NCBI GenBank assembly: GCA_018649625.1
Contig: JABIHN010000044.1
Span: 9,035-73,034, forward strand
Length of the DNA: 64,000 nucleotides
From: Fidelibacterota bacterium
Lineage (GTDB): Bacteria > Fidelibacterota > Marinisomatia > Marinisomatales > UBA1611
Direction: 5' to 3'
Position 1 is the first letter of the stretch; every line of letters begins with the position of its first letter. The position numbers and the translations under genes are program-made. The notes under the pieces were generated by a model. The model was not told the DNA's origin and searched no databases. It saw only the letters and a list, made by a program, of their open reading frames with translations. Of this stretch, positions 9,974 through 18,496 are shown in pieces.

Positions 9974-10534
9974 ATGAAATTATTATTAATGGGACCTCCT
10001 GGTGTTGGGAAGGGGACTCAAGCCGAACGTATAAGAGAAGAATTAAATATTGTACACCTCTCTACAGGTGAAATTCTTCGCGAAGAGGTAAAGCTTCAAA
10101 CAAATATCGGTAAAGAAGCAATTCAATATATGGATAAGGGGAAACTTGTTTCAGATCAAATTTTAATTGAAATTGTTAAAGAAAGAATTTCAAAAAAAGA
10201 TTGTCATCATGGTTATTTACTGGATGGATTTCCGAGAACACTACCCCAGGCAGAAGGGTTAGAAATCATGATGCATTCCCTCAATCATAATTTGGATTGT
10301 GTAATTAGTCTTATTGCAAATAAAGACGAATTAATTGAACGACTTATCAAGCGAGGGGAAGAAGCTGGACGAAGCGATGATACGTCAAATATTATTCGAA
10401 ACCGTCAAAATATCTATTGGGCTCAAACTGCACCATTAATAGACTTTTACCATGACAAAGGTTTATTAATAGAAGTAGATGGCCTTGGTGAAATACCCGA
10501 GATTACCCAACGAATAATAAACGTATTGCCGTGA
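9974..10534 (+). CDS. adk: Adenylate kinase (short-lid type)
   Basis: The family N-terminus 'MKLLLMGPPGVGKGTQA' begins at the ATG at 9974. The ORF-track start at 9884 would overlap the nupC 3' end and adds non-homologous residues. The short LID has no Cys4 motif. Confidence 0.9.
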   Translation: MKLLLMGPPGVGKGTQAERIREELNIVHLSTGEILREEVKLQTNIGKEAIQYMDKGKLVSDQILIEIVKERISKKDCHHGYLLDGFPRTLPQAEGLEIMMHSLNHNLDCVISLIANKDELIERLIKRGEEAGRSDDTSNIIRNRQNIYWAQTAPLIDFYHDKGLLIEVDGLGEIPEITQRIINVLP

Positions 10535-10543
10535 CAATATAAA

Positions 10544-11137
10544 ATGCTGAAAATTGGACTCACAGGTGGAATTGGAACAGGAAAAAGCTATGTGAGTTCC
10601 CTATTCAATAAATGGGGTGCTTATATATTAGATGCTGATTCAATAGCAAAAAACATTATTAATCACAATGAAACTGCGCAAAGTGAATTAATTGCAGAAT
10701 TTGGTACAGATGTAATGGGTGCTAATAATAAAATTGATAAAAAGAAACTTGCCCGTATTGCGTTTTCTGATGAAGATCATCAACTTCAACTTAATATTAT
10801 TATTCATCCTTATGTCTTCGATAAAATTGACGCCACCTTCGATAAAGTATTATCCGAAAGTAAACATGATGTATTTGTAGTTGATGCAGCTTTAATCTAT
10901 GAATCTGGTGCAAATACCCACATGGATTATGTGATTGTAGTAACGTCTCATTTAAAAATTCGCGCTGAACGTGTTATGACTCGTGGTGGACTTAGTCGAA
11001 ATGACTTTTTACAAAGAGTAGAACTCCAATGGCCAGACAAAGACAAAGTCCACATGGCTGATTTTATTATACATAATAATGGAACAAAAGACCAATTAAA
11101 GGTGGAAGCAAAAAAGATTTACGAACGCTTACTTTAA
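10544..11137 (+). CDS. coaE: Dephospho-CoA kinase
   Basis: It has the N-terminal 'IGLTGGIGTGKS' P-loop and the typical ~200-aa size, and follows adk closely. Confidence 0.85.
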   Translation: MLKIGLTGGIGTGKSYVSSLFNKWGAYILDADSIAKNIINHNETAQSELIAEFGTDVMGANNKIDKKKLARIAFSDEDHQLQLNIIIHPYVFDKIDATFDKVLSESKHDVFVVDAALIYESGANTHMDYVIVVTSHLKIRAERVMTRGGLSRNDFLQRVELQWPDKDKVHMADFIIHNNGTKDQLKVEAKKIYERLL

Positions 11138-11275
11138 TTTGATTATTTTCTGTTGCAAAAACGGTTGAACTAAAAATATATAATACAATTAGAAGTCGAT
11201 ACATGGAGCGTCCTTTTTAATTTTTATTTTGATTCAGTTTATTTTGAAAGGGTTATCATGAAATTTGTTTCAATA

Positions 11276-11857
11276 TTATTTATTTTTATTGGTCAGGTTT
11301 TTGAAAAAAGTTTTATCTTCAATAATCATATTTCTATCCTGTTTCCAATTTGTCGGGTTTTGGATGATATAATGTTGGATGTTTTCCAAAGCGGTTTCAT
11401 TTCGAATCAAATGATCATAAAACCGCGATTGCCATTTGAAATCAGAATTGTGGTGTTTCCGGATGAAACGGGTGACTGCAGATTTGTATGAACGGATAAT
11501 TGTGGATAATGATCCAGATTTGGGTGATATGTTAGACATATGTTTTAATGTAGAGACGTTGCATGCAACGTCTCTACCGACCATAAAACCACCACCAATG
11601 GCAATAATTCCATGAACATGGTTCGGCATTATAATAAATTCATCCAGTTCAACATTTTCGAAATGATTCGGAATTTCTATCCAATTTTGTTCCGCAATTT
11701 TCCCAAATCCATTTAAAACCATTTTTCCATCATCAATCGTTCCAAAACGTTCCACAAAATGATGGGTGCAAATTGTAACGAAATACATTCCCGGATTGGA
11801 ATAATCCCAATATTTCAATCGAGTAGATTCTATACGGTATTTGTTTTGGAATTTCAT
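11276..11857 (-). CDS. Solitary IS200/IS605-type Y1 (HUH) transposase-like protein, RAYT-like
   Basis: It has the HUH motif 'MPNHVHGII', the catalytic-Tyr region 'IIRSYKSAVTR', and 'WQSRFYDHLIR'. The ATG at 11857 is preferred over the TTG at 11860. No IS ends or partner tnpB are visible. Confidence 0.75.
   Translation of the reverse strand: MKFQNKYRIESTRLKYWDYSNPGMYFVTICTHHFVERFGTIDDGKMVLNGFGKIAEQNWIEIPNHFENVELDEFIIMPNHVHGIIAIGGGFMVGRDVACNVSTLKHMSNISPKSGSLSTIIRSYKSAVTRFIRKHHNSDFKWQSRFYDHLIRNETALENIQHYIIQNPTNWKQDRNMIIEDKTFFKNLTNKNK
11550..11577. repeat. Perfect 28-bp palindrome inside the Y1 transposase-like CDS
   Basis: gtagagacgttgca|tgcaacgtctctac is an exact reverse complement. It encodes the 'RDVACNVST' segment between the HUH motif and the catalytic Tyr. 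Confidence 0.95.
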
Positions 11858-11955
11858 CAATCCTCGATAAATGAATAATTACTTATTTTCAAATTGTCTG
11901 ATTTCCATTTAAATAAATTATTCATTTTTCAAGTGACTCAATCACTTGCTGTATT

Positions 11956-12987
11956 TTATTTCAATTTGAAATTCACAGGAAGGCTGATCCACACCCCAAC
12001 AGCTTCATCCTTTTGTTTGGCCGGTGCAAAGGTAACTGCTTTAATAGCATCTATGGCGGCCTCGTCCAACCCTGAATTTGGAATTCCTTTCAAGACAATT
12101 GTTTCTTTCACGTGTCCCTGTTCATCCACAAAGGCTTGAATAATTACCATACCTTCAATTCCGGCTTCCTGTGCTTCTTCGGGATAGCTCGGTGAAATGG
12201 AAGTCAACGGTTGAGGCGGAACATCATAAGGAATGAATTTTGCGTCAGGATGGTTTTTATCTCTTAAATCACTTAAGATAGAATTTGACGAAAAAGACTT
12301 AGAAAGCATACCGAGATTTAATAATGATTTTGTCCATTCTTCCGGCTTTTTTATATTGTGTTGAATTTTTCCTGTCTTAAAAAATTGAAGTGCTTCTTTT
12401 TCTGATGTATTGGATTTCAATTTCATTGATTCCATGGCCAATACAAATAGAACACCCTTATTCCCATCATCCTGAAAAAAGGAACCTACGGAAACTGATT
12501 TTCCATTTTGAAGAGTAATAGGAAGATACTTTATACCCCCATTTAAAATTCCACCTTTTTCATCCACTTCTCCTTTTCTGTCCACTCTAAAAACAAGTTT
12601 GGCTTCATTTTGATTTATGTTTGTCAACATGATTTCACCATCAAACTCATTTATATATTTACTTAACAAAAAATTCGCGAAAGTTGGCTGACTTTCGGCT
12701 TCAAGCAATTTTGATGATGTTACACCGCTCCAATAATAAACTCCCCAAGATGAATAATGTTTTTGACCGTATATCTTTTCAAGGTCATTATACATTTCAT
12801 CCACTGTTTTAACCGTCTTTTCAATTTCATCTAATTCTACCGGTTTTGCCCAAAGTGGGTAATTCAAATATTTTCCATTTCCACTTATTTCAAAAGGGAC
12901 CAATTGCAGTTTAACGATATATCTATCTTCTGCTTCTTTTTCACAGGCTAAATTCAAAACCATTAACCCTATTATAAATATTCTCAT
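11956..12987 (-). CDS. Lipoprotein with a C-terminal TonB_C domain
   Basis: It has a lipobox-like 'VLNLAC' after the signal peptide. The C-terminal ~80 aa ('P.YPEEAQEAGIEGMVIIQAFVDEQGHV...GIPNSGLDEAAIDAIK...FAPAKQ') match the energy-transducer TonB C-terminal domain. It lacks a Pro-rich spacer and an N-terminal TonB anchor. Confidence 0.65.
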   Translation of the reverse strand: MRIFIIGLMVLNLACEKEAEDRYIVKLQLVPFEISGNGKYLNYPLWAKPVELDEIEKTVKTVDEMYNDLEKIYGQKHYSSWGVYYWSGVTSSKLLEAESQPTFANFLLSKYINEFDGEIMLTNINQNEAKLVFRVDRKGEVDEKGGILNGGIKYLPITLQNGKSVSVGSFFQDDGNKGVLFVLAMESMKLKSNTSEKEALQFFKTGKIQHNIKKPEEWTKSLLNLGMLSKSFSSNSILSDLRDKNHPDAKFIPYDVPPQPLTSISPSYPEEAQEAGIEGMVIIQAFVDEQGHVKETIVLKGIPNSGLDEAAIDAIKAVTFAPAKQKDEAVGVWISLPVNFKLK

Positions 12988-12990
12988 TTT

Positions 12991-13281
12991 TTAACTCCCA
13001 TTTTCTTTTGTGATAGGTTCTAGCCAAATCGCTGTATGATTTCCCATAGATATGACCGATTCAACTCGAAAAAGTCTCATTTCTTCTTTGGGTTGTTTCA
13101 ATAGTGAAATAGATACAAACATAAGTATTGCCAATCCAAACAAGGCCGGAATTAGATAAGGGTCTCTAACTGTTTTGTCATGGATGGTATTGTTTACCCT
13201 TTCAGACATTCGGGCAGAATTATCTTTAGGTGGCGTAAGTCCACTATAAAATGATTTCAAATTTTCTATTTTCTTATTCAT
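12991..13281 (-). CDS. Putative membrane-anchored anti-sigma factor (assigned by position only)
   Basis: This 96-aa protein has one central TM helix (PALFGLAILMFVSISLL). Its start overlaps the ECF sigma stop by 8 nt. No zinc anti-sigma motif is seen. Confidence 0.35.
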   Translation of the reverse strand: MNKKIENLKSFYSGLTPPKDNSARMSERVNNTIHDKTVRDPYLIPALFGLAILMFVSISLLKQPKEEMRLFRVESVISMGNHTAIWLEPITKENGS

Positions 13282-13786
13282 GATATCCTAATTGGGTTAA
13301 TTGTTTTTTCAAATTTGTTTTTGCACGACTCAAGTGAACCCGGGCCGTTTCAGCTTTACAATCCATGATTTGCGCCGCATCTTTAGATGATTGCCCTTCC
13401 AATTCCATAAGGATAAATGCTGTTTTTTGTTTAAATGATAACAAATTCACGCAATCCAAAATGGGTTGAATATCATTTGGAATGTCGTCTGATTCAAGAA
13501 TTTTGTATTCGCCAAAAAAGAGTCGTTTCAATTTTTGTTTTCGAACAAAGTTTTTACAAGAATTAATATGGATTTTATAAATCCAGGGATCGAAGGATTT
13601 AGTTTGATCAAATGATTTCAGATTTCGGAATGTTTTCACAAATGTATCCTGAGTAATATCAGATGCATTCTCCCAATTTTGGGTGTAATGAAAAGCAATT
13701 TTCAAGAATTGCTCATTAAATCGAGTGACGATTTGATCAAATACATGTATTTCTCCTTTCAGAATTGAATCAATGATTGTGCGCAT
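13274..13786 (-). CDS. ECF-type RNA polymerase sigma-70 factor
   Basis: It shows region 2 ('DITQDTFVKTFR', 'F..WIYKI..N') and a region 4 HTH ('SSKDAAQIMDCKAETARVHLSRAK'), with the typical 170-aa size. Confidence 0.85.
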   Translation of the reverse strand: MRTIIDSILKGEIHVFDQIVTRFNEQFLKIAFHYTQNWENASDITQDTFVKTFRNLKSFDQTKSFDPWIYKIHINSCKNFVRKQKLKRLFFGEYKILESDDIPNDIQPILDCVNLLSFKQKTAFILMELEGQSSKDAAQIMDCKAETARVHLSRAKTNLKKQLTQLGYHE

Positions 13787-14088
13787 GTTTGAAATTAATA
13801 CACTTGAAAGAAGAAATCGTTTACATTGAATTTTAATATTTCAACACAAAAGCACCAAGATGCGAAAGTATAAATTATTTTATACTGAGAATAGGGTAAA
13901 TGGTAAAAGCGTTTGGAACAAAATAAAATTTGGACCGTGTTGATGATACTATAACATGGTTAAAGCACTCCAAAGAAAATTAAAAATGTTCAACTTAGTT
14001 CTGGCAGGTAGGGACTTTGCGGGAGGAATGACAGCAAATAAGTTTGTGGATTCCATTGAAAAAATGAGCGTTACGTTGAAAAATGTTT

Positions 14089-14565
14089 TTACCGCATTGT
14101 TAGCGGTTTATCTAAAACTTCTTTTAATATAATAGCTTTCTTCATGGATTTTTTTGAATCAAATAATTCAGAAAGAAGTCTTTTCTTTTTTCTCCATTTT
14201 TTACCTACGCGCAATTCTGATCGCTTTCCTAATTTCGAATGGTGAATATTTTTTTCAAATAGTTCTGCCCGATCTTTAACGTTGGATGAATGGCTTTCAA
14301 CGTGGGCTGGCGCTTTATAAACTTCTGGTTCTGATACTTCTTTTACATGTTCTGGCACAGGCGGAACTTCAGATTCTACTTTCAAAGGCTGCCCAAATAA
14401 ATCGCTGAACATTTGATCAAGGCCAACTTGGGGTCTCTTAGGTACAGTGTCCTCTTGCCCATCCCAATCGGGATCCAATTCAATCTCTCTGTTTTTCGCA
14501 TCCTTATTGCGCTTTTTCATATACCCAGAAATCGCATATAAGAGAAGTATTCCGAGCCATTCCAT
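14089..14565 (-). CDS. Hypothetical membrane-anchored, highly charged protein
   Basis: It has an N-terminal TM helix (WLGILLLYAISGY) followed by a low-complexity acidic then basic region. It begins 1 nt after the upstream methyltransferase gene ends. Confidence 0.4.
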   Translation of the reverse strand: MEWLGILLLYAISGYMKKRNKDAKNREIELDPDWDGQEDTVPKRPQVGLDQMFSDLFGQPLKVESEVPPVPEHVKEVSEPEVYKAPAHVESHSSNVKDRAELFEKNIHHSKLGKRSELRVGKKWRKKKRLLSELFDSKKSMKKAIILKEVLDKPLTMR

Positions 14566-14566
14566 A

Positions 14567-15370
14567 TTAAAGTTTCGGCCTTTCTAATAAATATATAACA
14601 CCATTTGAAAAAATTTCATCCAAACCAAAAATCAAAGAAAATGGGTTTCTCATTTTTGGTAATCCAAACCGAAATGAGTAGGCTGGTCGTAAAAACCAAT
14701 GACTTTCCGTTTTCACATTGAAACCAATGGAATACACCAATTTTCTCATTTGGCGAATCGATATTCTAGTCTCTTTTGTAGAAATTAGATAATTAATTTT
14801 TCGGTCAGCTACGCCTATTAACCCCATGTACATTTTATACAAGAAATTAGGCAATAGATGAAGATAGGGTAGTTTACCGATAAATTTCGGAATGGTTTGT
14901 TGGTGTCCAGCATAAGCGCAATACTTTGGCGGAAAAGACATAAATAATTTTCCATCAGGTTTTAACAAATTGAAAATATTTGTCAAAGCTGTTTTTTTAT
15001 CTCCAATATGCTCTATTACATCTCGGAGAACAATCATATCATATTTGTCCGGAATTTCATTTACATAAGAATCCTGCTGACAAATATTTGCCTGAAAAAG
15101 ATGAAGAGAATCTGATTTATTTAATAACAATGCATTTTTAAATCGAATATCAGAGAGTTCCATCCCAGAACAAATTGCTCCTTTTTTTTGATAAAACTTG
15201 AGCAATCCTGCTTCTGCACATCCAATTTCTAAAACTCGTTTATCGGAGACATCAGTGTCGCCAATAAAATCGAAAAGGAAATTTTCTCCATACCACTGTT
15301 GCTCACGATAACACCGTAAACAACGATCAGTTATTGGATCAGCCATTTGTGTAGGAATAGAAATATCCAA
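14567..15370 (-). CDS. Class I SAM-dependent methyltransferase
   Basis: It has SAM-binding motif I 'VLEIGCAEAG' and post-I/II segments ('MIVLRDVIEHI'). The start is either the TTG at 15370 or the ATG at 15346, and I cannot resolve which. Confidence 0.7.
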   Translation of the reverse strand: MDISIPTQMADPITDRCLRCYREQQWYGENFLFDFIGDTDVSDKRVLEIGCAEAGLLKFYQKKGAICSGMELSDIRFKNALLLNKSDSLHLFQANICQQDSYVNEIPDKYDMIVLRDVIEHIGDKKTALTNIFNLLKPDGKLFMSFPPKYCAYAGHQQTIPKFIGKLPYLHLLPNFLYKMYMGLIGVADRKINYLISTKETRISIRQMRKLVYSIGFNVKTESHWFLRPAYSFRFGLPKMRNPFSLIFGLDEIFSNGVIYLLERPKL

Positions 15371-15392
15371 AACAGGATTGCTCTATTAAAGA

Positions 15393-16406
15393 TTAATTGT
15401 CTTCTAAGGGGTTATCTTCGGATGATGAATCAGAATCAGAACCGGCGATTGCATCTCGCATTCCTGTATCAGATTTGATATTTTCCATCTTATAATAATC
15501 CATAATTCCCAAGTTTCCTTCTCTGAATGCTTGAGCCATAGCCTTGGGCACTTCCGCTTCTGCTGCCACAACTTTGGCTTTCATTTCTTGGGTTCGGGCA
15601 GTCATTTCTTGTTCTTCTGCAACGGCCATAGCGCGTCGCGTTTCTGCTTTCGCCTGAGCTACACGTAAATCTGCTTCAGCCTGATCGGCTTGTAAAGAAG
15701 CACCAATATTATTTCCCACATCCAAATCAGCAATATCAATCGATAAAATTTCAAATGCAGTTCCAGCATCTAAACCCTTTTCTAATACTGTACGAGATAT
15801 CTTATCGGGATTTTCTAAAACGGCTGAATAATTATTAGCGGAACCAATAGCTGAAACGATACCTTCTCCTACACGAGCAATAATGGTTTCATCCGTTGCT
15901 CCTCCAATTAACCCTGGAATATTTGTACGAACAGTTACACGAGCTCGGGCTTTTAATTCAATTCCATCTTTGGCAACTGCTGCCAAAAAACCATCCATCG
16001 GCGCATTAATTACCTTTGGATAAACCGATGTTTGCACCGCTTCATTCACATCTCTTCCGGCAAGATCAATAGCAGTAGCCGTTTCAAAAGTAAGGGGGAT
16101 ATTTGCTTTATCAGCAGCAATTAGAGCCGATACAATATTTTGAACATTTCCACCCGCAAGATAATGTGTTTCTAACATATCGGTTGCAATATTTACCAAC
16201 CCAGCCTTATGAAGATTTATTACACCATCAGTAACCAATCTTGGTGATATTTTTCTCAATCTCATCCGGATAAGATCTACAATTCGAATTCGACCAATTC
16301 CAAGCGATACGATTCCTTGTATCCACATCCCAACTGGGACAAAATACAAAATCAGAAATACCGTAAAGGCAATCATTGCTAACATAAATATTTGAACTGT
16401 TTCCAT
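15393..16406 (-). CDS. floA: Flotillin-like protein FloA (YqfA/UPF0365, SPFH superfamily)
   Basis: It is colinear with my recollection of B. subtilis FloA: '[10 protein letters not shown]', 'AIDLAGRDV', '[13 protein letters not shown]', 'QADQAEAD...AQAKAE.RRAMAVA'. Confidence 0.9.
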   Translation of the reverse strand: METVQIFMLAMIAFTVFLILYFVPVGMWIQGIVSLGIGRIRIVDLIRMRLRKISPRLVTDGVINLHKAGLVNIATDMLETHYLAGGNVQNIVSALIAADKANIPLTFETATAIDLAGRDVNEAVQTSVYPKVINAPMDGFLAAVAKDGIELKARARVTVRTNIPGLIGGATDETIIARVGEGIVSAIGSANNYSAVLENPDKISRTVLEKGLDAGTAFEILSIDIADLDVGNNIGASLQADQAEADLRVAQAKAETRRAMAVAEEQEMTARTQEMKAKVVAAEAEVPKAMAQAFREGNLGIMDYYKMENIKSDTGMRDAIAGSDSDSSSEDNPLEDN

Positions 16407-16421
16407 AATAACGCTCCTTTT

Positions 16422-17771
16422 TTATTCTTTAATTAATTCTCTTACAACTATTCGATTCCCATCAACGGACAGAACCTGTACTTGAGTCCCTTTTTCTATG
16501 AACTCTCCTTCACTTACTACAAAGACTCGTTGATCACTAACTTTAACCCAACCTGACGGATGAAGATCAGAATCCGCAACACCATTTTTTCCAACTAGAG
16601 ATTCCCATCCAAAAGTGTTGGTATAACCATCATCCTTATCTTGGACATTAGGCGCAGTGAGTTGTTCCCAAAATTTTGTTTTAATCATAATTTTAGCAAG
16701 GAGATAAAGCCCAATAATGGCTCCAACTATTCCAATTAAAAATCCATCCATTGCTTGATTAATAATTTCATCACCCACGGGAACTTCTGGTAATAATAAT
16801 AAATAAAGACCATAAATAATAAAACCAATTCCTCCAACTCCTATGACACCAAACCCCGGAATAACTAGAACTTCCAAGAGCAATAAGGCCATCCCTGCAA
16901 ATATGATAATCATATCTGATACAGTGGCTAATTTTGCAATATAGGATGCACTTAAAGATAGAAATAAACAGGTAAGTCCAACAAAACCCGGGATACCCCA
17001 ACCTGGACTTTGAAGTTCAAAAAGAATTCCTAAAAAACCAAAAGTTGTTAATAGAGATGCTACCACAGGATTGGTTAAAAATCGAACGACTGCTTCAGAC
17101 CAGTTTTCACTAGACTCTATTAAGTCAACCGATGAATATCCAAGACTGTCTAACAATAATTCCATAGATTCCGCAGTACCATCGGCGATATGATATTTCA
17201 AAGCCTGTTCTGTCGTAAGTGATATCAATTTCCCATCTTTCCGGCCTTCAATATCATTTACTTCCACTGAATCCCCATCAAATAAAAGATGGGTAAAACT
17301 CAATTCTTCATCCACCATTCCTCTCGCAATTTCTTTGCTACGCCCCCGACTTTCTGCTGTCGAAGCCATTTCTTCTCGCATGAAACTGATAACTTTTTCA
17401 CTGCCTTTTTTCCCCGACATATCTACCGCTGTGGCGGCTCCAATAAGTCCACCGCCGGTCATATAAATTTTTTCACAAGAGAGAGAAATCAATGCACCTG
17501 CAGAAATTGCACGTCGATTAATAAAAGCAATCGTTAGAATTTCAGACCCAAGGATTGCATCCTTTATCTGCGTAGCAGCATCCACGCGACCGCCAAAAGT
17601 ATTAATATCAAAAATAATGGCTTTGGCGTTATTATTTTCTGCTTCTTCTATGGCACGTTCAATAAAAGGCGGAAGACCTAAGTCAATTGTTCCATCAATT
17701 GGGACTCTATAAATAACATTAGGGTGTAGAAATGAAATACAACTCAAGATGATTAATAAATAACGTTTCAT
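16422..17771 (-). CDS. NfeD-family membrane-bound ClpP-class serine protease (YqeZ-like)
   Basis: It has a signal peptide, an N-terminal ClpP/S49-like domain ('INTFGGRVDAA', 'AISAGALISL'), a multi-TM core and a C-terminal NfeD OB-fold domain. I chose the ATG at 17771 because the ORF-track start at 17831 lies inside the terminator hairpin of the upstream gene. Confidence 0.8.
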   Translation of the reverse strand: MKRYLLIILSCISFLHPNVIYRVPIDGTIDLGLPPFIERAIEEAENNNAKAIIFDINTFGGRVDAATQIKDAILGSEILTIAFINRRAISAGALISLSCEKIYMTGGGLIGAATAVDMSGKKGSEKVISFMREEMASTAESRGRSKEIARGMVDEELSFTHLLFDGDSVEVNDIEGRKDGKLISLTTEQALKYHIADGTAESMELLLDSLGYSSVDLIESSENWSEAVVRFLTNPVVASLLTTFGFLGILFELQSPGWGIPGFVGLTCLFLSLSASYIAKLATVSDMIIIFAGMALLLLEVLVIPGFGVIGVGGIGFIIYGLYLLLLPEVPVGDEIINQAMDGFLIGIVGAIIGLYLLAKIMIKTKFWEQLTAPNVQDKDDGYTNTFGWESLVGKNGVADSDLHPSGWVKVSDQRVFVVSEGEFIEKGTQVQVLSVDGNRIVVRELIKE

Positions 17772-17810
17772 AGATGGGAATTTCACTCCTAAACCAAGAT
17801 AAGAAAAACA

Positions 17811-17842
17811 AAAAAGGCAGTGAATATTCACTGCCTTTTTTT
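17811..17842. terminator. Rho-independent terminator (bidirectional form) for the lipoprotein gene
   Basis: A5-GGCAGTGAA-ta-TTCACTGCC-T7 is a perfect 20-nt palindrome flanked by A and T runs, about 20 nt downstream of the stop at 17863. Confidence 0.8.
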
Positions 17843-17862
17843 AAAAAAGTAATATATATTTT

Positions 17863-18396
17863 TTAATCTGATGAATCTTCAGTTACTACTAGCTTATGAT
17901 TACACTTGTTTGTAGATGTATAATCCTTACAATTACATTTTTCACCTGTCCATTCACATTGGCTACAAGGGTCACCATGGCATTCATTTATAACCGTTCC
18001 TAAAATAACATTTCCTTCGCTATCTTTCTCCATCTCGATGGCGATAAATGAATTTTTTTCAGAATTATCATAGAGGTTAACAATCGTTGTAATTCCCAAT
18101 AAGTACATTTGACTCTTTATGCTTTTTAACTCCAAATCCTGAAAATATACCTTTTGTCTCATTCCTGGATAAAGCCTTTTTGTACTGACTTTATTTGCAG
18201 CGATTATTACAGCAGATATATGTTCATTAAACAATGGACCAGCTTCTGTATAAGTGCCCCAAATGCCCGATGTTTCAATGTTTTTAGCAGTAAGGCGAGT
18301 TTCTTGCATAATGGTTTTATCATCGGGTGCCTTATCGAAACAAGCAGATAGAGAGAAAAATAAAATTGAAAAAGTTATTATTAATGTACTTTTCAT
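17863..18396 (-). CDS. Cys-rich lipoprotein, function unknown
   Basis: It has a lipobox 'LSAC' after the signal peptide. The C-terminal ~30 aa contain seven Cys ('CHGDPCSQCEWTGEKCNCKDYTSTNKC'). It is monocistronic, with its own terminator. Confidence 0.5.
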   Translation of the reverse strand: MKSTLIITFSILFFSLSACFDKAPDDKTIMQETRLTAKNIETSGIWGTYTEAGPLFNEHISAVIIAANKVSTKRLYPGMRQKVYFQDLELKSIKSQMYLLGITTIVNLYDNSEKNSFIAIEMEKDSEGNVILGTVINECHGDPCSQCEWTGEKCNCKDYTSTNKCNHKLVVTEDSSD

Positions 18397-18496
18397 GAAT
18401 AAACTCCTTTGACCAATTTATTTAATATAAGAGAACATATAATATCAATACAAGAACAATATTAAAATAAATTTATTTGTAATTTCCCGACTCCTA

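Noticed and set aside
11258-11491. A 77-aa plus-strand ORF, together with 11894..12139 (+, 81 aa), flanking or overlapping the Y1 transposase-like gene. They were considered as possible partner genes.
   Set aside because: The first is antisense inside the transposase CDS. The second is mostly antisense to the TonB_C lipoprotein 3' end. Neither has motifs or a ribosome-binding site.
13870-13889. An AT-only hairpin, agtataaa-ttat-tttatact, in the sigma-factor upstream region.
   Set aside because: The stem is purely A/T, it is distant from any gene end, and it is expected by chance in this composition.
13966-14142. An unlisted 58-codon plus-strand ORF (MVKALQRKLKMFNLVLAGRDFAGG...) in the 302-bp gap upstream of the ECF sigma gene.
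   Set aside because: It overlaps the 3' end of the 14089..14565 minus-strand gene by ~50 nt. It has no Shine-Dalgarno and no recognisable motif, so it is probably fortuitous.
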